Shown here: positions 12,010-25,200 of the stretch, one piece after another
Numbering within the stretch: the first letter of the stretch is position 1
How the letters are laid out: each line of letters begins with the position of its first letter
Source: Balanoglossus misakiensis
Lineage: Eukaryota > Animalia > Hemichordata
Length of the DNA: 64,000 nucleotides
Assembly (NCBI GenBank): GCA_040954595.2
Contig: CM082577.2
Span: forward strand, 248,001-312,000
Direction: 5' to 3'
The notes under the pieces: generated by a model
The model's input: only the letters and a program-made list of their open reading frames with translations
What the model was told of the DNA's origin: nothing
Database searches by the model: none
Position numbers and translations under genes: made by a program

Positions 12010-14352
12010 AAGTTTGCAGTGCACTGCTACAGGTTAAAGCATGTTTATAGCATTCGGCAGAGACTTGTAGTGTTTCACATAGACAGGATTTGCAGTTTTG
12101 CAAGCTGCACCCAAAGTGTCCGGCAATCAAGGAGGGTGTCAGGAGTCCTATATTAGCCCCCCTGTTGCGTGTTGGGCTCCCATCCAAAACAAAACACAGG
12201 GCCATATGACACAAAGCCTCCTTCATCAGATGCAGAAGTCTGCATCTGATGAATGACCTTGCTGCATGACTCAAAGTCATAACATGCATGCCAATATTTG
12301 CAGAACAGTTAAAATTTATCGAATGGTAAATGACAAAACTTTTGACAGTGTGTGCAAATCAGTATATCTAACAATGCTGCAAATATTTTTTGTTACGAAG
12401 AAAGCAACAACTTGTTGTACACCCAACCTTTGTTCTTGTAATCATAATAATACTCTGTACTACCTGTGAATATTCACACACTCTTAGTTGAGTTCTACTT
12501 ACACCATTCAGAAATTGTGTTCCATACATAAGGCTGGTGTGTGCATAGGTTCGTACTTATGTCGATATGAACGTACAGGTATATGATTGTACATAAATAC
12601 ATGGGTACATATATACATCCATACATATGTACAGTCAATCAACCAGACTGCTTTTTCATATCAATGCAAATTAGTTTAAAGTGACAATTTACTATATGCA
12701 TAGACAGTGTATACATAAAATTATACACACGGTCACTCCATGCATAGAATGACAATGTACGATGCAATTATATTGTCTACCTAATGCAATGGGGAAAAAT
12801 AATATTCCATTTGTTCTTTTTGTTCATATCAGTTGCATCATTCCATGTGAATGCAGTAAGATACTGAAGTTTGGGACCAAAAAAATACTCTTTAAATAAT
12901 AATAAGCCTCAATGCATTACTGTTATTGGGAGATTTAGTTCCATTAGGACATGGCATTTTGACATTGCTGTGTATCTCTTAAAAATAGTAGAATCTGAGA
13001 TGGGCATTTAATACTTGATAGAACTGGCCTCTGTAATTCAATTCCCCAAAAATTCTGATTTGCAGGGGGATATGCATGTAGGGATGATAGCACAATTCTA
13101 CCACATTGGTCATATTAGGGCATAGATAAAACTGAACTATATCATTACAATGCACAAACCACAGACAAGTTCTTGTATATTTTTGCAAAATACACATTTT
13201 TTGATGCCTGTAAATTATATATTCCAAAGGTTTTTTTTTAAATTTCTTATCTAGAAATTTCAGTACATGTATATTATCTGAAGTTTGTATTTCCATTTAT
13301 AGAAATATGCATGTGTGTATATTTATGATGTGATTACTAATTGTTTAAGTTAGTCTTAATGATTTGATTTTATTTAAAGACCAAGAAAAAGACACCTCTA
13401 TCGGGCCAAATATTTGATGGCATTGTTATGTACTTAAAAGAATCATAGCTAATTTGTATTGAGTTTTTTCCCCCCAGAGTTGTAATGCTTTAAATGACTG
13501 TGATGTTAGAAGGGATTTTCTGGAATAATGTAGGGACACGTTGACAGTTTAACCCTGTTTCCAAGTGTAATGATCCAACCATAGCAATGATCTTGATGAA
13601 GGGGCTTAGATTACATTTTCTGGTGTCATTGGTACATGAAAAAATCTTTCTGGAAAATTAAAAAAATTTAAACTTTCTTTAAAATATTTTTTTTACTTTT
13701 CACTACCAAAGAGTTTCATTTGATTTTCTAGAATTGAGTTGTGCAATTTGTGGGAAGTGTTTAAATTATTCCCCACCAAGTTGAACTGTATCATAATACT
13801 ATACCCCCTTATGATTTTCGTAGCCTGCATGTAGAAACTACCAAGTAATTCAGCTTGTCAAAAAGACTTGGCCATCGTAAAGCTGTAGGACTGTACCTAA
13901 GCATATTGTATTTTGGTTACACATATTTTGTTTGGCGTTTTTTGAAAAGTACTGGTAGTTGAAAATAGGACTATGGAATAAAAATGTCGCACATTGACTA
14001 CTCCCGTGTACTCTGAAGGAAAGAGACACAGATGAAGTCACATGACAGCAGTGGACATGCTCTTTAGATTGTAGTTTTAAACGTTCTTTGAAAACTTTGT
14101 TGCAGAATTATGGTGAAAAAAATTAAATTATGGTATTGTTTTAGTATTATGATGTTGCTACGTTTCTAAACTGCTATGCAATACCATTCTTCTCAAGTGT
14201 GTTTACGTTCACGTGATTTGTGTACTCGTCATTGCAAATATGGAGTAGGATCTCTCTCAGTGAGTGTCAGATTATCACAAGATGACGCTTTAACCTCCAC
14301 CTATTCTTTACTATCAATCACGTGATATGGCCATGTGACCCACGGCGTAGTC

Positions 14353-14535
14353 ATTTCCAAATGACGGGCAACCAATATTTCGGCATCCAGTAAAAGATTT
14401 TCCGAGTATGTTTTTACTTTAGAACTGCCAGACACGTAACATGTATCAGGTATGGTGCCTTGTCAGCCTCATGGAGTTTCATCTGCGCAGTCTTTGTCTG
14501 CACCACGTTGTTGAAGTTGCCCGTCATCTGGAAAT
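14353..14535 (+). repeat. Inverted repeat / long imperfect hairpin downstream of SPHK
   Basis: ATTTCCAAATGACGGGCAAC (14353-14372) and GTTGCCCGTCATCTGGAAAT (14516-14535) are complementary at 19/20 positions, with further imperfect pairing inward. Confidence 0.6.
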
Positions 14536-14790
14536 TTTAATGCTAACGTACCTGCCGCCTGAGCGCGTCTGACGTCATTTGATATTGAAGAATACACGGA
14601 GTTGGACCAGTCTGTAGGGCGAAAGTGTTAAGAGAGATTACATTCTTGTTGAAACGCTTGCGAGATTCCAGAAGCAGCTAATATTGCAACTACGGCTATC
14701 AACCTGGCCCAATAAACAGTACAGAAAACACCATGAGCAAGTTTCAACTTTTTGAGTGCAATGTTATACGATCTCCTGGTTGGACTTCCC

Positions 14791-14887
14791 TTAATCCTTT
14801 CACCCCCAGTTCACTCTTTAGAGGTCAAACCTTACCTTAGAAAGCAATGGTTTTGGACTGAACCATGGTGGTTAAAGGGGATTTTAA
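14791..14887 (-). mobile_element. piggyBac-like MITE, copy 2 (inverted)
   Basis: TTAATCCTTTCACCCCCAGTTC...AAAGGGGATTTTAA; its reverse complement matches 15855-15947. Confidence 0.65.
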
Positions 14888-15854
14888 CCTTTAAACTGTG
14901 TACAAATGGGTGTACAAATGTTTAGCCAGGCATTGTACTGTATAAAACATATTTTCTGCCATGGCTCATTACATTATTTTTCGTACTGAAAAAACATGGA
15001 ATCAAGGTAATTTTACTATGACCTTTTTGATGCAGATAATCATATTGTAGATGTCAGGTTTGACATTGGTTTCTGAGTGGACCTGAGCAATTGTCTTTTT
15101 GTACATGTATAGAAAATTACTTCAAGTTTTTGAGGTATGCTAAAATATGTTTCTTGTGTGTGTGTTTTGACTCTGGGACACTTTTCTCCCAGGAGTGATC
15201 TAAATACTTGAATATATTGAGTGACAGCAAATGATTGTGCTGTGTTTGATAATTAATGGGTTGAGTCAGAACTTACCTAATCTGATGCTGTTTCTGATGC
15301 TGGTGGCATTACAGACAGGTTCAGTTTTGGACGGGATCTGAAACAGATTCTGAATCTAATTGTTAATCTTGTGGTGTTTGTTCTATCACACAATGCCTCA
15401 TCCTTTAAAACCTAATACCTGTTGGAATTTTGCTGCTATTATTTTCATGCCTGTGTGAAATTTGACTGTGACTGGATTTGATTGTATTACGTTTTGTTAA
15501 TATTGAATGTTAAGATTGTATTAATGTTACATGATTAAAATCATTTGTATTTGTGATAGGTCTGTCTCACAGGGTCATTACTGTCAGACTTTGGCATGAC
15601 ATGTTAGCAAAATACGCAATCAGATTATCAGAACAATATCCCCCCTTACAAGTCAGCTATAAACAGCTCACACTATACGAGTCCAGCTATGCTGTACAAA
15701 AGGGAACACAAACCAGTTGGCATGTTTCTGTAATCACTCTGAGTATTCAAAGAAAATGACTCGTTCACCAGTGTTAGACGCCACAGATCATGATCCAACA
15801 GCCAAATTCACATGCCCTGCAATTTACACAACTCTGCCCTTTCTTCAAAGATGG

Positions 15855-15947
15855 TTTACCCTTCCACCACCATGGTTCAGTCCAAACCCATTGATTTCTA
15901 CGATAAGGTTGGACCTCTAAAGAGGGAACTGGGGGTGAAAGGGTTAA
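15855..15947 (+). mobile_element. piggyBac-like MITE, copy 3
   Basis: TTTACCCTTCCACCACCATGG...TGGGGGTGAAAGGGTTAA; CCCT/AGGG termini with a TTAA target. Confidence 0.65.
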
Positions 15948-16202
15948 AGGCAAATAGTCACATATGCAAATTTAGCCACAGGTAGAATGAAAATGACTCA
16001 GATCAAGGCATGTAATAAGGGGTTATAAGTACACGATCTTAAATAGGAAAAATATTACTTTATTGTAAAAATATTCTACATAAATTACAAATTATTCAGA
16101 TGTGAATTTGATAAAATTTATTGAATAGAAAAATAATTTTGATGTTCTAAACATTTATTAAAAATATCAGACAATGATTGTATAGAAACATGCTAGAAAA
16201 TA

Positions 16203-19200
16203 TTAAACTCTCTGTGCACTGTGGTAAGGCATTGACGTCTTCAAGGATGCATTTTTCAGCGTTTCCAGATAGAAACTCTCATCTTCGAGGAAAGCTTTGT
16301 CCTGTTGTCATGGGAACAGAACAGACAAAGAGAACCAATGTTGATTGGCTGGCATTCACAATAGTTTTATAGCTTGTTCGGGTTTGATATTGTCTTGTGA
16401 AAGCAAAACTCCTGTTTCTTTAAAAACAATGTGCTTTCACTATGCAGTTTCTGATGACATTTCACAGGCATTTAAGTCAGTCACACAGATTCATAAATCA
16501 GACCAAAACTCGCCAAAAATACCCCCACCCATTACATGTATTGCCAAAAGATCAGGTTGATACACACCTTGTCTGCTGATAACTTCCACATCCTCAATGC
16601 ATTGTCCAACTCTGCCTGGGCCACAATATTCTGTAGTCCATCCTCCCTGTCCAAGATTATGGTCGATGATGGTGTGTGCAGCACTGGAGAGCTGGAGATG
16701 GGTTGCAGTATTTGTGTCTGTTCCAATACTGCTGGATTGGTTGCTGCATCTGAAATAAAAAAGGGACAAATAATCTCAGTGGATATCTATTGTTTTACTT
16801 TCATTTCCTCTTTTATTCTAGTATTGTAACTAAATAATTTTCAAGGAAAAAACAAACAAACATGACAATATTCTTGTGTTGATGTTTAAGTACTTACAAG
16901 TGTTGACCGTGCCACCACATTTTGTGCACATGACAGTCTTCCGTAGTTCTTCCAGTTGTCTTTGTTCCTTTGCCAGGTTGAGGCGATCCTTGAAAGTTAA
17001 AAAAAAATTACAACATATCAGTGGAACTTGTTGCACTTGAAATGAGAAAACTTGAAACAAGAAACTACTTTAAAGCAGTTGATTAAATCTAACCAAGGGG
17101 TAACACTGCTCATTGATTCATTACAATGAACAAGGTACACCAAACTTTCCCTTGAAACTCCCTTGTAAAAGTGCAATGATCTGAGTGTGCAGACCTGAGC
17201 TATTTGTTTCTCTGTGACCTTTAATACTTGTATCTGCGAATGTATTCCTGTCAGTCTCTGGTCATGTTCACTCTGTATTCTTCGAGCACTCTGCATGGCC
17301 ATGTCACCTTCCTCCTTGATTCTAGCAGCCTCCTGGAGGAAAGAAAACACAAATGATTTCCATCTCAGGGGGTTTGCCAATAATGCGCACGTCCCGTTTG
17401 ACACAAAAGCAACATGCACACAATGGATGTTTTGAACAATCTGGAGAAGGAATATGCTGTCAGTGCAAAAAAACATGACGCACATAAAATTTCCTGTTCA
17501 TGATAACCAAAATAGTGATTTGGTCACCCGCTGGGTGGGAATAAACAGGCTGTGTGGTTTTGTGCATTGATTTCAGTGGTTGGACAGTAATGTCAGAAGA
17601 GTGTGCTTGAGCAGCATCAGTTTTGTGTTATATGCCAGCTGGCTGATATCGTTCTATGAATACAGAAACATATACAACTCTACATGTACTCTGACACAGA
17701 AGTCCACTCAACAAAATTGATTTGCTTCACACACAAATCTGAGAGACAGTTCCATACTTACATGGACACTATCAGCAATCTCCTCTGATCGCTTCCTGAT
17801 TTGTTCGGCCACGTCTTGTAGTTTCATCTTTTCACGTTCAAGTTCTTCCTTGTAGGCTTCTAGTGCTCTCTTCTGCGAGGCGAGTCTCTCAGCTTCCTGC
17901 TTCAGCATGGTGTTCTTGCCTGCCATCTCTGCTCTCTGCTCTGCAATGGTGGTCATCAAACCTTCACGTTCGGCCTCCTCCTGCAAAGAACATATTTGAG
18001 TGATTAACACTTTCAACGCCACAGTCAACTTGCTGTCATCTTTCAAAAGATAAACCCTCAAATTTTTTCTACATTTTTTCTCAAATTTTGATTAACACTT
18101 GAAGACAATGGAAAATTACGTCCACTTGGTCTACAACATGCTGACTCTTGTTTGCCATTTCTTACTTTAAAATTATGCATTTCTTAGGCAGTGGCCACTG
18201 AAGTATAATTTTTCAGTCTCTTGAAGTCATAAAAAAACTTTAGAAAGGAACACAGAACCCACTCCAGACAACACACAAGGGGTAAACTGGAAACTGTCTA
18301 ATGTGCTCTAAAAGCACTCAGTTGTGATGTTTTCTTTGCTTTGTATTGGCAGATTTAGACAAACTGGTGGTGTTTTTGTTTTGACTGATTTTGATGGTGG
18401 TCAAAAGGTTAAAACACAATCCATAAAAAACAATATAAGACAGCCTCTAGCACTTGCAATGTTCATGTTTTCAAGTAGTATTTCACACACTGACCATTAA
18501 ATTTCAAGTACCAGTCTCATACATGTTGTTTTAAACACAACTGTTGGAATTTTATTTTGATTCAATATTATGGGTCAAAGGTCAAGCTGACTCCATCTGT
18601 TCCCTGGTTTGCCTATTCAATAGATTGTGAGCAATAAAAAATGTACTACAATGTGCTTTTCGCCATATGCCCTATGATAGTCTAGTGTTTATTTCCACAA
18701 AACAATGGTGAATACCACACTTTATATATAAAAGCATCACTTTATTCCACAAAGTAGCTGGCAGTGAACATTTTTTCTAAAATAAATTCACTGAGAATCC
18801 TTCAATATGGTGTTTATTTCTCCTCGGTATTTGAAATTGACTTGTCCCATTCTTATGATTACCTGCATATTTCTGGCACTGTCTCTTTGCTTGGTCTCCA
18901 GCAAAACTTTCTGAGAGGCAGAAAACTGCGCTCTCTCAGCAGCTAAGGTTTTCCTTTCCTCGTAAAGCTGGGCCATCACAGATTTCTGCTCAGCCAGGAT
19001 GTTGTCCTGTGAAGAAAAAACCAATGTACCAACATGACCTGCTGTGTGACCTTATCATCATGATGAGTTGCCAGTTTCATATAAAACCCAAGCAATTCAA
19101 CTATAATAAGACACCAAAATATAGTCAACATCAACTGCCCAAATTACCTTGGCTTTCTGAATATCAGCTCTCTCCACCAATAATTTCTCTGTCAGGATTT

Positions 19201-22200
19201 TCCTCTCTCCTTCCAACGCAATCTGTAAACTTTCTAACTTGGATTGTTCTTGTTTCACTTTCCATCTTTCCTGTTGAAAATGCAATGAGAAACAAGAATA
19301 TGATATGATCTGACAGGGGGCGGGTGGGTGGGAAGCACCATTGTCTGTTGACAGTCTGGGATTTGGAATCACCTTCCAAAGAAATGAATGTTGTGTACAA
19401 TCCACTCTGAGACTATAATCCCAGGCACTGCATTTCCTCAGCAATATACACATTTGTCCATTCTATGCCAAGGTTGTAAAAAGATTGACATCACTTGTAA
19501 TATCATCTTGGCACACAAGGCCACTTTGATTGATTTAGGACCCTGGTGGGCTATACAAATGAGATATGTAGGTCCATTAGCCGATAACCCAACCGTTCCT
19601 ATGGTTACACTACACTGTACCTGTTCCAACTGTTTGCTCTGTTCACTCATGTGACTTTCCATTCTGCTGATCAATTCTTGAAGTCTGGATCTCTCCTGGT
19701 CATTCTCTTCTTGCTGTCGGACTAACCTCTGCTGCAGAACTGTTGGGATTACGAAAAAAGCACCAAAAGTCATTCAAATGACAAGTGTTTTTTTACCTTC
19801 AAGGTAAACTCCACAGCTATAAAAAGATTATCAGTCTAACCTGGAAATGTTACAGTGAAACCTATTGAAACTAAACCCTGTTTTATAGGCTGGTATTAAT
19901 GCATATATTTCCTTCAAATACAAAGCTCAGTATGTTTACTACATGTATTTGAAACCACTGGATGTTTCAGAAAAAAACTGTTGCTGCATTAGCACCATTT
20001 AGACGAGTGTCTTTACTAATAAATTGTCACATATAATTATTTAACACTAACTTTTGAGTTGTTCATCTTTCTGTCTAGCTTCCATTTCTCTATCATCCAG
20101 ATTTGCATAGTGCTGATTTTCAACTTTGTGTTGCAAGTCTCCCAACTCCTTGGCATTGTTCTGTACTTGGTCAATCACTGTCTGTAAGGCCCTGTTAGAA
20201 AACACAAACAAAATCAGTGAACTAAATGATAGGAACTATATCAGTTTGGTACATGTTCATGAATTTCAACCAGAAATCCTGCAAGGATTAAAAATAGGGT
20301 TTGCGAAAACACATCACCATCTTTGTATGTTGCATCCATAATTTCCCTTTCTCATGTTAGCACAATGATTATTTTATTATTGTATAACCTTGTATGCGTA
20401 TGAGCTCCTTTGATTGTGTCAAGCTGAACTTCAAACGTTCTCTTCATTCTGCTCAATTCCATCGCATGGTCTTTCACCTGCTCTTCAAGTGCAAATCTGA
20501 AAGGAAAATACAACAAAAATGTTTTTACCTCATCCTGACACTCAGACAACTCTCTGATCCAAGATTATGACAAGTTACCTTTTCCATGCATACCTAACAC
20601 ACATTTTCATGCGAATTGCAAGCTTACTGAAAAATTTTACTAATGAAATTGTAATCACTTGGTATAGAAGACATCCATACCCACCACACGCCATTACAGT
20701 CTGAATCATCAACAATCTCCGAACTCAAAATTCAAACCTGAGTAATTCAGCAGGTGAAAGACAGCCAGGTAGATGTTAGAATTCAAATGTCAAATGTGAG
20801 TCTCCAATCTAACCTGTGTAATTCTTTCAGTTTATTTATTTCTCGGATTTTCTCATCTTCATACTCCATCATTTTTCGATGATGTGACTGAATCAGGTCT
20901 GATTTCTGCTGGTCTACAAGTTTGATCTTTGCTGTGTACTGAGAAATCAAATCTTCATTCTCATTTTTAAGTCTCTTCTCTCGACTTTCGGCTGCTTCCT
21001 CATACACCTGGAGACGTCTCCTGATCACAAAGAAATTCAATCTCAATGTTAGTGGTGGGTTTTCAACAGTGTTTAGATATACATGACTGGAGCACACCGA
21101 TATTTCTTTGAGGCCATTTCATTTTGTCAAGCAAGCACATCTTTCTAGTGTTGACAAACTTTATATCCTACCTGTGAGTTGCTTCTAGAGACTTCAGATC
21201 TTCCTGGAATCTCTTCTTGGAATTATCCAGAGTCACTTCCAGGTATTCCTTCTCCAGCTCCAACCTACGGATCTGTATGGAATGACAGTATAAGTGATTG
21301 AAAAATAACTTCTTTACCAGGGTGGATAATTTATGGCATCACAGAGAATGATGCCAGAGAAAAGGAATATTGGCTACAAACAGATGAACCAGATATAACA
21401 TGTCACTCCAGGCAAATGAAACCCCACATGATGCATAGCTACAAATACTAAATACCGAACCTACCTGACTTTGTAGCGCTGTCATGTTCATGGACATATC
21501 AGCCAACAACGGCATCTGCGGAGCAGCACTTTGTAACTGAAAAACAATGATGACTAGTGTTTCAGTGACGTTTCAATGATGAGAAATATGACCAATAGTG
21601 TTATTTCACAAGTAACCTAAAAAACAACATAGTGATTCACATGATATGAAATATCCTGCGATGATTGATCACTGTTGTCAAATCCTAATAGTGGGTAGTG
21701 GAATCTTTCAAGAAACTATCTGTATGAAATGCCAGCTTCACCAAGAAAACGGTATTCTCAGTAACCCAATGTGTGTTGAAAATTTATCTGTTTAGGTATT
21801 GCATTTCTTGTTACTAGTGTTGGTGCCTGTTTCAAGAACAAAGCTCACGGCATCACAGCACAATGTACAATGTACTGAAGTTGACCACTTCAATCACAAC
21901 ATGTCATTCTGGACAGATATGCTGATTTTATGGATCCTGCAACTTACCTGTGCTTTCATCAATTCCTCCTGTAGTTTCTGTTGCTCTTGATTTCGTTTTT
22001 GTTGTTCTCTGATTTGTCTTTCTATCTCAGCTTGTTGTTGTTGCTGCATGAATCTCATCTGTTCTTCCTGTTGTTTTCTCATCTGCCTCTGCATTTCTTC
22101 CTGATAAAAATAACACACACACAATAATCAGGGGTTGCTCAACTCAGAGCTTTCATAATCTTCGGATAGAAATTGATGGTTCTCATTGGTAAGTTGATCT

Positions 22201-25200
22201 TCTCTTGAGGCGAATCGGGGTCAAAGGATTACATTCCTTCAGCAAGTGTACATTCCAAGTAATCATAAATAGTCATTTTCATCCATTGTCAGTACCTGTT
22301 GCTTGACAAAGTCAGCACTGGCTCCAGTCATATACGATGTCATCGCAGGCTGTGGTGCTGTGGACGAGTCCATTGTGGGTGAAGACCTTTGTTGCTGTCT
22401 CTGCTGTTCCTGTTTCTGTTTCATTTCTTGTCTCCAGTGGGGCACTCTCTTTGCACTCTCTATCGACACTGCAGGTCTTGCCTGTTCCTGCCTATTAGGT
22501 GCCTCAGGGTCTCCAGGTCCCATATGTCCCATCTGGGCCAGGTGTTCTGCCATGGCCGCCGCCCTGGGACTCATTGTGGAATTCTCCGGTTCATCTGTGG
22601 GAGACATACGACTGAACATTGATGACAAATGCATTTCACTGTCTGCACCTTTGCCCTCAGAATGCCAGTGCTTCAATCTGTGATTATGTTATGGAGATTT
22701 CTGTTTCAAGGAATACAATCATTTCTAATCATCACATGCCCATATACGGTTAAAACTTCAACAGACCATGTGGTGGTGCACTTTCGCGTGTGGCCATCCA
22801 AGTGAAAATCTGTGTATGGCTAGATCTCCACTTTCCATGGTAACTGAGGTTAAAAAATTGGCATATTACGGTGACTGTATATCTTTAAGTACAAATTACC
22901 TGAGAAGTCTGAAGGCAAATCCCTGTGTGGACGACCACGTTTTGATGAATCCCAAGGAAATGGTGATCTGTTACAACAACAAAAAAGAGAGAAATTTTAG
23001 CATGATATACAAATTGAAGTATGTCACTCTGTGTCATCATGTGGTGGGTGCATTCTTTGGTATTATCTCTTGTGCCGGGGGAAAGTATGATATTATTCAC
23101 AGGAAATCTTTGTCAACTAAGAGAATGTGACAATGGCTTGAATGATGAAAAGAAATTCAGGCTCTGGATCAGGATGTACACATATCTTATCAATTGGGAA
23201 AGTGTTTTTAAGAAGTGAAAGTCATAAAACTGGCTGATCTGTTGTGCATGCCAACTCTTGAACCTCAGAATTTTCTATTTGAAAAGGAACTGGTGAAAAG
23301 CAGAATTTTCTTTTAAACAAAGTGATGGTTCACAAAAATGTCCAAGAAGATCTGATATTCATAAGAATGAATGACACATAAGAAGAAAGAAGTGAGCTTT
23401 CAATGAAAGATAGGACAGATTACCAAGAAATTTAATACCACAGACTTTGCAATCACAAATGACCACAAAATAATAATCATATAATTTTTTTTAAATACAA
23501 TACTTTATACCATCAAAAACAAAAAACAAATCAGTTATTTAGAAAAACAATCATTTTGATGAGGCATATCACCAGTACATAAAAATCATTTTAAATATTT
23601 TCCTGTAACCTGTACAGTACACACAGAGAAAGTATACATATGTTGAATGGGTAGACACTATTGCAGTTCTAACCCCACACATACAAACTCAAACATGTAC
23701 ACACGCATTGCAGTTCTAACCCCACACATACAAACTCAAACGTGTACACACGCATACAGAGTATACACCCAGATGTAGGGATAGAAAGTTGACAACCTGT
23801 ATAAAAGGTCAAAGTAGAACTTTAAAAGAACATGAAATCATGAAATTAGCTTGGACAGAAAAGTTATAAAGTTATTACATTTGATGTGTTATGGTAGGTA
23901 GCACTTACAGCAGTAGTTGGTATCAAAATACCCAGGTAGATTGGAAGCAGTTGAAATAAAAAATATATATTAATAAAAAAATGAATGGATATGAAACCAT
24001 TTAGGACTATTGGTTATTACTGCAAATTAAGCATAAAAAAATTAAAAGGAAGTTGGGGAGGTAATCAAAACAAAAATGCTACAAATATGTACCTACCTAT
24101 ACCTACATATTAAATTACACATTGATGTACCCACACAAGCATAAGCAAAACTAGAGTGCATGACAATGCAAAACTGGTTTCCTCAACCAGTAACCATATA
24201 ATTACTAGCCAGTGACATCAGAACTGCACATTTACACATACTATGTAGGTTAGTGTCTGCAACATTATGATAACATTTACATCTTCACAAACACATAGTG
24301 GCTCAAGCTGTCTGAAGGGATAAACTCATTCATGATCAATCAATATAATAACCAGTTGTTTGTTTTGTGAACACTTCTTCACTACAAACATTTCCTGTCA
24401 ACAAATAAATACTAGTACATATATTGCAGTATCACATTCCACTGAAATGTTGGTATCTTTCATCATTAATATTTGTAACATCTGTACTACACTTACGTTG
24501 TTTCTCGTTTGGCGGGTGCAGTGAACAAATCCAGTCCACTCTCATCGGGTGTGGTGGCACGTTTTGGTGGCGTGATCTGTCGAGGCCTGGAGTAAAAAAA
24601 ACACAATTTAATGAAATGAAAACATTGTCAGTATCAAAAGATTTGTGTAGTGGTATAACATTATTTGCAGCGTGCATGTAGGTGTAGGCATACACTTATT
24701 TCTATGGCCATCTTACGTCTGGGGTTTTCATGAAGAAAGGTGCATATTTTTTAAAATATCAATACTGCAGTGCTTACTGTACAAGTGAATCTGGATCAAT
24801 ATCTGCACCCAAACCCAGATAGTCTGCACCAACTGACGGTGTTGAATCAGTGGCTTTACTTTCGTCTTTCCTCATCATGGGACTCACAGAGGGCGCCCCT
24901 GGTCTGGACGCTGTAGTACTGGGTTTTGATTTGACTGGTTCAGGGTCTTTGCCACCAACTGCTAGCCCCAGCCAATCATCAACGGCGCTGGATTTGCTCT
25001 GAGAGTCTCCAAGTCCCAGCCAATCAGACTGCTTCTTGGAACCACCCCTGCTGTCAGTGGTGTCTTCATCTTCAGCAAATCTGAATAAATGATTGAAGGG
25101 AGTTTAGCGTCACAATTAGCAACTGGAACAACAAAGTATCACAAATGGGCTGTTTATTCAATAAGATAAACAAATACACATATTGGTAATCTGGGCAACT

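Noticed and set aside
12007-12160. Possible selenocysteine or readthrough at the SPHK TGA stop
   Set aside because: The stop falls at the normal SphK C-terminus, and the hairpin at 14353 lacks a convincing SECIS GA/GA quartet.
22595-22700. Longer 5' extension of the FBF1 Gln-rich exon (ORF begins at 22676)
   Set aside because: Only the acceptor giving exon start 22594 matches the phase of the upstream 68-nt exon; the 22700 acceptor hits a stop.
23660-23753. Direct repeats considered as CRISPR-like
   Set aside because: Two adjacent copies with no spacer, in eukaryotic intronic DNA.
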